Origin: Gammaproteobacteria bacterium
Lineage (GTDB): Bacteria; Pseudomonadota; Gammaproteobacteria; UBA9214
NCBI GenBank assembly: GCA_049665685.1
Contig: JBATGJ010000078.1
Coordinates: 1 to 36,886, forward strand
DNA: 36,886 nt
Direction: 5' to 3'
Below the pieces are notes generated by a model. It saw nothing but the letters and a program-made list of their open reading frames with translations, was not told the origin of the DNA and did no database searches. Position numbers and translations under genes: made by a program. Shown piece after piece: positions 11,844-18,241 of the stretch (position 1 is its first letter; the number at the start of each line of letters is the position of its first letter).

Positions 11844-12551
11844 TCACCGTGACCGATCTATCCTGAAGGCAATCGGCACATCCACCCAGGCCACCACGGT
11901 CTTCACACCCTGGCGAGCCGGAACGAAGCGCCAGTCCTGTACGGCCGTCAGTGCCGCCTCGTCAAACTGCTCATAACCGCTTGATTCCTTCACCCGCACC
12001 TGACTGCAACGACCGTCCTCCTGCACCTGGGCGCGTACCAGTACCGTACCCTCCACGCCCCGTCGCAACAGTATTCTTGGATAGCCTGGCGGCGGATTGT
12101 TCAGGTAGGCGGCATCGGTATGTGGAGGCTCGACGGGTATCTCGGCCATGACCACAGGTCCGGCTGCAGGCGGTACAGCGTTGGTCATAGCCTGCAGTGT
12201 GTCCGGTATTTCGGGTGGAACCGGTTGTTTTTTCAAGCGCTCCGGGCCGCTGGTCCGGCGCTGCTCAACCGGCACAGGTCGCGGTTCGGGTACCGGTCGT
12301 TTCGCGACCGGTTCAGGCCGTACCCCGGGCAAACCGGCTGCTTGGGTAGTCACTGCGGGCGGGGCTTTCGCGGGTATCGTTACCAGCGATAGCGTCACCA
12401 GGGGTGCCACAACGGACTGTCGCGCTGCAAACAGACCGCTATCGATCTGCAGAAAGATACCTGCATGGGTTGCTGCGGTTATGAAAAAAGCGAACAGCCA
12501 GCCACGCTGATCGGATTTCCAGCCTTTCTGTGTAGCCACCGCGATGCCCAC
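11844..12551 (-). CDS. tonB: Energy transducer TonB
   Basis: N-terminal TM segment, Pro-rich spacer PEPVAKRPVPEPRPVPVEQ and a C-terminal TonB domain YPRILLRRGVEGTVLVRAQV...WRFVPA. GTG start. Confidence 0.85.
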   Translation of the reverse strand: MGIAVATQKGWKSDQRGWLFAFFITAATHAGIFLQIDSGLFAARQSVVAPLVTLSLVTIPAKAPPAVTTQAAGLPGVRPEPVAKRPVPEPRPVPVEQRRTSGPERLKKQPVPPEIPDTLQAMTNAVPPAAGPVVMAEIPVEPPHTDAAYLNNPPPGYPRILLRRGVEGTVLVRAQVQEDGRCSQVRVKESSGYEQFDEAALTAVQDWRFVPARQGVKTVVAWVDVPIAFRIDRSR

Positions 12552-12632
12552 CGGTTTAGTCTGTTGTTATAAGCAATAGGCAGGAATATACCGACACGGC
12601 TGATTGCCGAAAATGCGTCAAGATGACGCGCG

Positions 12633-12654
12633 ACAAATTGCCGCACCCCGGCAA
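12633..12654 (-). terminator. Weak intrinsic terminator candidate downstream of rlmD
   Basis: The minus strand reads TTGCCG-GGGTG-CGGCAA-TTTGT, about 45 nt after the rlmD stop. Confidence 0.3.
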
Positions 12655-12697
12655 CCTGTACGCAGCGACCTGCTGGCCACCAAGCTAGTCCGGCCAA

Positions 12698-14026
12698 TCA
12701 GCTCTCGAACAGGGCAATCGACTCCACGTGCGCCGTGTGCGGGAACATGTCCATGACACCCGCTGTGACCAGCGTATAACCCTGCTCCCTGACCAGGACA
12801 GCCGCATCCCGGGCCAGTGACCCCGGATGGCAGGAGACATAGACAATGCGCTGCGGCTGCATATTGCCAAGCACATCCAGCACACCGGTCGCGCCACTGC
12901 GCGGTGGGTCCAGCAGTATCTTGTTATAGCTACCTCCGGCCCAGACACTGTCGCGGCAGTCTGCGGCCAGATTGGCTACCTCGAAGGTCACGTTGTTCAA
13001 GCGGTTGTGCGCTGCATTGTCGCGCGCACGGGCAACCAGGCCTGCCTCGCCTTCCACGCCGGTGACCGAACCTGCCTGCCGCGCTATCGGCAGCGTGAAA
13101 TTGCCAAGACCGCAGAACAGATCCAGCACCTGATCGTCACCACTCAGGTCGAGCATGGCGAGCACACGCGCCACCAGCTGTGCGTTGATGGCCGGATTGA
13201 CCTGGGTGAAATCGGTCGGGCGAAAACGAATCTCGACAGACTGGCCGGGCAACTGATAGGAAAGCCTTGAATCCAGCGGTGCAAACGGGCGGACGGTGTC
13301 CGGACCACCCGACTGCAGCCAGACATGTATCCCGTGAGACGCAGCAAAGTCGGCCAGCCTCACCTCGTCGGCCTCGCTCAGGGGATCCAGATGACGAAAC
13401 ACCAGCGCCGTAACGGCATCACTCACGGCAACCTCGATCTGCGGAATCCGTGCACGCGCATCCAGTGATTCCACCAGCCTGGCAAGCACGTCGATACGTC
13501 CACCTGCCGCCGGGTGCAATACCTCGCAACGCGTCAGATCGGCAACAAATGAGGCGTGCTTTTCACGAAAACCGACCAGTACCCGCCCCTTTTTCTGTAC
13601 ATCCTTCACACCCAGCCGCGCCTTGTTGCGGTAGCCCCAGACCGGGCCAGTCAGGGGTGGCAATATGCTCTGCGGGGAAACACCACCGATCCGCTCAAGG
13701 TTATCCATCAGTACCTGTTGCTTGGCGGCAATTTGTGCCCCGGGCGAAAGATGCTGCAGGCTGCAACCGCCGCACACACCGAAATGGATACACTTCGGCG
13801 TGACGCGGTCCGGCGCGGCCTGATGGATATCGGTCACCTGGCCTTCATCGAACTTCCTGCGCGTGACCAGGTATTCGAATCCGACCAGCTCACCCGGCAA
13901 TGCCCCTTCGATGAACACGGCCTTGCCCTCGACGTGCGCCACACCCCGACCGTCATGGGCAAGCGAATCAATCGCGATATGGCTGACGGGTTCGGGGAGG
14001 CGTTTCTTTCGAGTGCGCTTACTCAT
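12698..14026 (-). CDS. rlmD: 23S rRNA (uracil1939-C5)-methyltransferase
   Basis: TRAM-like N-terminus, Fe-S cysteines CIHFGVCGGCSLQH, SAM motif VLDLFCGLGNFTLPIA and catalytic YVSCHPGSLARD. Confidence 0.9.
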   Translation of the reverse strand: MSKRTRKKRLPEPVSHIAIDSLAHDGRGVAHVEGKAVFIEGALPGELVGFEYLVTRRKFDEGQVTDIHQAAPDRVTPKCIHFGVCGGCSLQHLSPGAQIAAKQQVLMDNLERIGGVSPQSILPPLTGPVWGYRNKARLGVKDVQKKGRVLVGFREKHASFVADLTRCEVLHPAAGGRIDVLARLVESLDARARIPQIEVAVSDAVTALVFRHLDPLSEADEVRLADFAASHGIHVWLQSGGPDTVRPFAPLDSRLSYQLPGQSVEIRFRPTDFTQVNPAINAQLVARVLAMLDLSGDDQVLDLFCGLGNFTLPIARQAGSVTGVEGEAGLVARARDNAAHNRLNNVTFEVANLAADCRDSVWAGGSYNKILLDPPRSGATGVLDVLGNMQPQRIVYVSCHPGSLARDAAVLVREQGYTLVTAGVMDMFPHTAHVESIALFES

Positions 14027-14040
14027 TTATAAAGTTATCA

Positions 14041-14331
14041 CTCGCGCAAAGCCGCAAAGAAAAGAAAATACATCCGCCACAGAGAACACAGAGGTCAAAA
14101 CAGGAAATACCTGTCATTCCAGCGCACGACTGCATGGAGGAGGTGAGACCGGGAACCGGTCGAGAGGCTGGCCTGGGCCATGCAGGAGGTAGAGCGACGC
14201 AGGAAGCCAAAACCGAGGCGGGAATCCAGTCCTGCATGGGAAGGGCAAATTTTATATACCTCTGTGTCTTCTGTGGTGAGTTTGTATTATTTTAATTCTT
14301 TGCGGCTTGGCGGCTTGGCGGCTTGGCGTGA
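14041..14331. mobile_element. Nested palindromic MITE/REP-composite element, copy A (non-coding)
   Basis: Three concentric inverted-repeat layers: 14041-14061/14297-14328, 14076-14094/14259-14278, and 14116-14123/14218-14225. The structured core has further hairpins at 14130-14185 and 14147-14161. The left ~140 nt recur at 36753-36886. Confidence 0.75.
14302..14325. repeat. Tandem octamer GCGGCTTG x3 inside the right arm of the element
   Basis: Direct reading gives gcggcttg gcggcttg gcggcttg gcgtg. The left arm carries only about 1.5 units (rc CTTTGCGGCTTTGCGC). Confidence 0.85.
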
Positions 14332-14346
14332 TGATGTTGTTACCAA

Positions 14347-15129
14347 TCAGCCTTCCTGCCAGTTTTCCAGGAACTCGTTCAGGTGCGGCCTGTTTTCACT
14401 CGCCAGTTCCATGCGCACCTGTTCGCATACTGCGTCGTATTCCGTGTGACTGATGTGCCCGCGAATCAGCTCGAAGCGCTGGTAAACCAGGTAGGTATTC
14501 AGCACATCGGTCTCACAGTAATTCCGGATACCCTCGATATCGCCATCAAGATAATTGTCCCAGACCTTCGCACCGCTCATACCCATCTTGCCGGGGAAAC
14601 CCAGCAGGGTCGCAATCTGGTCGAGTTTAGCGGTCGCGCGCGGCTGGTAACCGGCGAGCACGTCCATGATATCGGTGTGGCGTTCGTGGTAGCGGCTTAG
14701 ATAATTGTTCCACTTGAAGTTCTTGTCGTCACCACCGGTATCCCAGTAGCGTGGCGCCTGGATGCCATGCAACAGGCTGCGGTAGTGAATCACGGGCAGG
14801 TCGAAGCCGGAGCCGTTCCAGGATACCAGTATTGGTGTGAATCGCTCGATGCCATCGAAGAACCGCGTCAGGATCTCCGCCTCCGGTGAATCCGGCTCGC
14901 CGAGCGTCCACACCTTGAACCGGTCGGGTGTACGCAGCACCACGGAAATCGCCACGATCCGGTGCAGGTGATGCCGGAGGAAGTCGGAACCGCCGCTCTC
15001 CTCCACACGTTTGTGAAACATGACACGCCCGACGTTTTTGTCGTCCAGCCCGCCCAGGTCATACAGTTTGCGGCCGGCGGCGATATCCGGCACGGTTTCG
15101 ATGTCGAAGACGAAGATATTCATAAGCAT
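14347..15129 (-). CDS. Predicted 3'-5' exonuclease, PolB-exonuclease-like (RNase H fold)
   Basis: Exo motifs FVFDIETVPD (ExoI), VSWNGSGFDLPV (ExoII) and NYCETDVLNTY (ExoIII). 260 aa. The start may be the second ATG at 15123. Confidence 0.8.
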   Translation of the reverse strand: MLMNIFVFDIETVPDIAAGRKLYDLGGLDDKNVGRVMFHKRVEESGGSDFLRHHLHRIVAISVVLRTPDRFKVWTLGEPDSPEAEILTRFFDGIERFTPILVSWNGSGFDLPVIHYRSLLHGIQAPRYWDTGGDDKNFKWNNYLSRYHERHTDIMDVLAGYQPRATAKLDQIATLLGFPGKMGMSGAKVWDNYLDGDIEGIRNYCETDVLNTYLVYQRFELIRGHISHTEYDAVCEQVRMELASENRPHLNEFLENWQEG

Positions 15130-15138
15130 AAAAAAATT

Positions 15139-15200
15139 GCTGCAGAGGACACAGAGTAACTAGTGCCCTTGCAGGAATTAATCTCTGTATGCTCCGTGGC
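15139..15200. repeat. REP-like hairpin unit (CACAGAG family), unit 1
   Basis: Arms are GCTGCAGAGGACACAGAGTAA and TTAATCTCTGTATGCTCCGTGGC (inverted). On the minus strand the unit is followed by AA+T7 (15130-15138), directly abutting the exonuclease ATG. Confidence 0.75.
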
Positions 15201-15245
15201 CGTTTTTATATCGGAGACGAAACTATTCATTGGCAGAAAAATAAT

Positions 15246-15308
15246 GCCACAGAGGGCGCAGAGATAATTATGCCTTTAAACGAGTTAATCTCTGTGTACT
15301 CTGTGGCT
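15246..15308. repeat. REP-like hairpin unit (CACAGAG family), unit 2
   Basis: Arms are GCCACAGAGGGCGCAGAGATAA and TTAATCTCTGTGTACTCTGTGGC (inverted). On the minus strand the unit is followed by ATTATTTTT. It lies 16 nt downstream of the YdbL-like stop and looks like a terminator. Confidence 0.8.
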
Positions 15309-15323
15309 GGTTTATTCAGGAAA

Positions 15324-15935
15324 TTACTTCTGCTTCCATGTACCGCCATCCATGTAGTACCAGCCGGAACGCGCATTCGCCACCCAGCGGCGCGCGAAGG
15401 TCTGTCGAATATCAGCCGCCCACTCCGGATGGTCATTTGCCCTGGCGATCTCGGCATACAGTGCATCCCGGTCACTGTTTTCCTGTGCTACCAGGCTCTT
15501 GACGGTATTGCGTTCACTCAGCGGCACCAGCTTCTGGTCACGCAGGGTAATGCGTCCATCACCGGTCATGCCGATCGCGCCCGATACGTAATACGGAGCA
15601 AGCTGGCGGTGACGTTGCTCCATTTTTGCCTGTAGCTGGCTGATGGCCGGCGTATTGATGGAGATGTCCGCCTCGGCCCGGGCTGGCGCAACCAGCCAGT
15701 TAAGCATGTGAATGGCGATCGGTGTGGATATTGCCGGATGCTGCTGCCATGACGTTGGCTCAGCCGCGGCCGGTATATCCTGCTTCTGTGCGTCAGGTTT
15801 TTCACCATACACGTCGAGAATAATGCGATCGGCAGCCTTTACCGCTGCCTCGGCCGGGAAATACACGTTGATGGTGACACAGGCGGTTACCAGCAACAGC
15901 AGCAACAGTGAAATAGGAAGGTTTAGCACTTTCAT
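15324..15935 (-). CDS. YdbL-family (DUF1318) lipoprotein with ~90-aa N-terminal extension
   Basis: AAGGAG SD. Lipobox LLLLVTAC. The C-terminal half ...YVSGAIGMTGDGRITL...ENSDRDALYAEIARAN...ARSGWYYMDGGTWKQK resembles DUF1318/YdbL. Confidence 0.7.
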   Translation of the reverse strand: MKVLNLPISLLLLLLVTACVTINVYFPAEAAVKAADRIILDVYGEKPDAQKQDIPAAAEPTSWQQHPAISTPIAIHMLNWLVAPARAEADISINTPAISQLQAKMEQRHRQLAPYYVSGAIGMTGDGRITLRDQKLVPLSERNTVKSLVAQENSDRDALYAEIARANDHPEWAADIRQTFARRWVANARSGWYYMDGGTWKQK

Positions 15936-15970
15936 TATGCAGACTCCTTGCGCGGGAAACTTGACTCTAA

Positions 15971-16100
15971 GGAAGCTCTGATTTATTCGTCATTGCGAGG
16001 AATAAAGTGACGAAGCAATCTCCAGGTAACTGATTCCATAGTATGAGATTGCCACGCTTCGCTCGCAATGACGGGAATGTTTCAATAAATCAGAGCTTCC
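15971..16100. mobile_element. 130-bp palindromic MITE-like element (different family)
   Basis: TIRs are GGAAGCTCTGATTTATT and AATAAATCAGAGCTTCC. Inner pairs are CGTCATTGCGAG (15988-15999) with CTCGCAATGACG (16062-16073), and GCAATCTC (16015-16022) with GAGATTGC (16045-16052). No ORF. Confidence 0.8.
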
Positions 16101-16156
16101 CTGATTGTTTATTAACGTGATAAGTGGCAAGAGGTTAACACGCACGCGAACATACA

Positions 16157-18241
16157 TCACTCCACTACCACATTCTTTTCAAGGGTCACGGCAATGATTT
16201 GCGCCACCAGGCTGTTCCAGTCGACCCGGTCCGCGAAGCCGACGACGTCCAGTCGCGGCGGCAGGAAGGTACCTTTCACCAGGTAATAGCCATTCTGCCT
16301 CTGCTCAACCCCGCCCATGTCACAGACACCGTTCTGCAGGCGACAGCGTATTCCCAGGCGTGCATAGGGAAAATCCTTGAAAATCCCGAGGAAACCGCGA
16401 GACAGCGCACCACTGACTCCGCCGCCCCCGATATTGGAGATGTTTTCCACGGCCCGCTGGCTGATGCGGTGGCGCGATTTGTCATCTTCCGGTGTGGCAA
16501 ACTCCGCATCGAAGGCGACCGGCCGCCAGGACTCCAGCAACAGCCCGTCGACATGACCATCCAGGCGACCCTCGATGCGCCCGAACGAGAAGGTGCCGGT
16601 CAGGGTCTCCAGGTCGATATTCTCGATGGCGGCATTGACCTGCAGGCGCGGAACCAGACCAAAGGGCTGGTTGAGTTGCAGGTCGCGCAAGGTCACCACG
16701 CCATCAAAGACACGCACCAGCAGCACGCCCCCCACGACCAGCTGGCCATCCGCATAACTCACCGAGGGGATGACACCCGACAGCTTGCCGCCGAATTCCT
16801 GCCACTTGAGCGCACGGGTCAGCTGCTGCATCGATATGGGTGTCAGGATGCCGTCAACCGTCCAGCGCAGCGAGTTGTCCGCCGGGTTGTCCAGGCTGAA
16901 GGTTTCAATATCCAGCACACCATCGAGTACCGGGATCCGCACGGGCCGCATCAGGCGCACGGCGTTGCCGGTGGACTCCAGCTCCAGTTGTGATTTGCCA
17001 ATGCCGACGCTGTAGACATGGCCGGCAGTCCAGGCAAGCGTTGAATACTCCGGTGTCGCCGAGTCCGACCAGTCGAGGTTACCCGTCAGGCTGTCGAAAC
17101 CGAACAGCCCGTCCAGCTGGCTGAGCGTCAGTGTCTGCACGCTGGCACTCGCACGAACCATGGCGCCGTTATCAATTTCCAGAGTGCCACCGAGCTCGCC
17201 GGACATCTGCATGTTGCCGGCCAGCGTACCGGCCACCCAGGGCTGCAGGTAATGTTTGTAGGCGGACGGGAAGGTTGCAGCGTGCACATTCACCCGCAGC
17301 TGTCTGACAGGCTGTTCAGCACGCAGGTCCAGCATCCCGGTACCGTCAAGCTGCAGACTGTCCGGATGCAGATAGGCGAATGACTGCAGACTGAGTACAC
17401 GCGTACGCGGGCTCCAGACCACAGCGGCAGCGGCCCTGATCGGGCTGTCTGTGACCTCCACATATACCGGGTCGATATAGACGGCCCCCTGCCTGGCCGT
17501 CAGGTCCGCCTGCACTTCCCAACCGGTACGGCGTGGCCGCGCACTGCCTGTGAGCGTGACATCCAGGTTTTCTCCTGCATACCGACCGGATTCGTCCGAG
17601 AAGCTGTCCGCTCGCACGCGCACCTCGAATGTGGATTTCGTCAGCAGCGCGGCCCGTCCGCTCAGGTCGGCTTCGAGGTCAAGCGTCCCGCCCGGCGTCA
17701 ATGCTGGCAGTGTCATCCCGGTCGAGCGCAATTCCCGTACAATATTAGCCAGTAACAGCCCGGTTCCCCGGACATCCGCCGACCAGCCACTGTCCCGGTA
17801 GACCGCGGCCACGGCTACCCTGCCGCCTGCAATACGCATATTGCGGGCGCGCACGCGAACCTGTTTGTCGCGCAGGCGGTAGTGCAGTTCGAGCTGCAGT
17901 GATTGTTGCCCCAGGCGGCTCGAGTGCACATCGAGCATACCGCGCGTGCAGGCAATCGACGTCGCGGTCAGTTCGGCGGATTCGCAAACAAATTGCAGGT
18001 CTTTCAGGCTACCCAGCTGCCCCGGCAGTTGTGCCATGGATGCCTGCACGACAGCACGCGCACTCGATTCACCGGTCCAGTCGAGCTGCACCGTGACATC
18101 ATCGAGCGACCAGCCTTCTCCGGCGACGTTACCCAGTGACAGGTGAGCCGATTCAATCGCCTGTGCCTTAAGGGCAAGCACTGCAGCCAGGCCGAAGGCC
18201 AGCAGCAATACACCAGCGACCCGGGCACGGGAGGCATACAT
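16157..18241 (-). CDS. YdbH-like / AsmA-like-family large envelope protein (putative intermembrane lipid transport)
   Basis: 694 aa with an N-terminal anchor MYASRARVAGVLLLAFGLAAVLALKAQA and a long beta-rich repetitive body. The assignment rests mainly on context (YdbL-family gene immediately downstream) and the general look. No HMM was run. Confidence 0.55.
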   Translation of the reverse strand: MYASRARVAGVLLLAFGLAAVLALKAQAIESAHLSLGNVAGEGWSLDDVTVQLDWTGESSARAVVQASMAQLPGQLGSLKDLQFVCESAELTATSIACTRGMLDVHSSRLGQQSLQLELHYRLRDKQVRVRARNMRIAGGRVAVAAVYRDSGWSADVRGTGLLLANIVRELRSTGMTLPALTPGGTLDLEADLSGRAALLTKSTFEVRVRADSFSDESGRYAGENLDVTLTGSARPRRTGWEVQADLTARQGAVYIDPVYVEVTDSPIRAAAAVVWSPRTRVLSLQSFAYLHPDSLQLDGTGMLDLRAEQPVRQLRVNVHAATFPSAYKHYLQPWVAGTLAGNMQMSGELGGTLEIDNGAMVRASASVQTLTLSQLDGLFGFDSLTGNLDWSDSATPEYSTLAWTAGHVYSVGIGKSQLELESTGNAVRLMRPVRIPVLDGVLDIETFSLDNPADNSLRWTVDGILTPISMQQLTRALKWQEFGGKLSGVIPSVSYADGQLVVGGVLLVRVFDGVVTLRDLQLNQPFGLVPRLQVNAAIENIDLETLTGTFSFGRIEGRLDGHVDGLLLESWRPVAFDAEFATPEDDKSRHRISQRAVENISNIGGGGVSGALSRGFLGIFKDFPYARLGIRCRLQNGVCDMGGVEQRQNGYYLVKGTFLPPRLDVVGFADRVDWNSLVAQIIAVTLEKNVVVE

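Noticed and set aside
14138-14170. Hammerhead-like ribozyme core in the nested element (GGUGAGA-hairpin-GAGAGG)
   Set aside because: It does not fit the CUGANGA ... GAAA core or the three-stem junction geometry. The resemblance is superficial.
14116-14225. Identity with neisserial dRS3/NIME repeats
   Set aside because: Only the generic ATTCCC...GGGAAT hairpin logic is shared. The taxon and flanking sequence differ, and I cannot verify homology without a search.
15139-15308. Could the repeated CACAGAG units be a CRISPR array?
   Set aside because: The units occur as inverted (hairpin) pairs with irregular spacing and differing sequence. They are scattered over several loci, and no cas genes are present. 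They are REP-like, not CRISPR.
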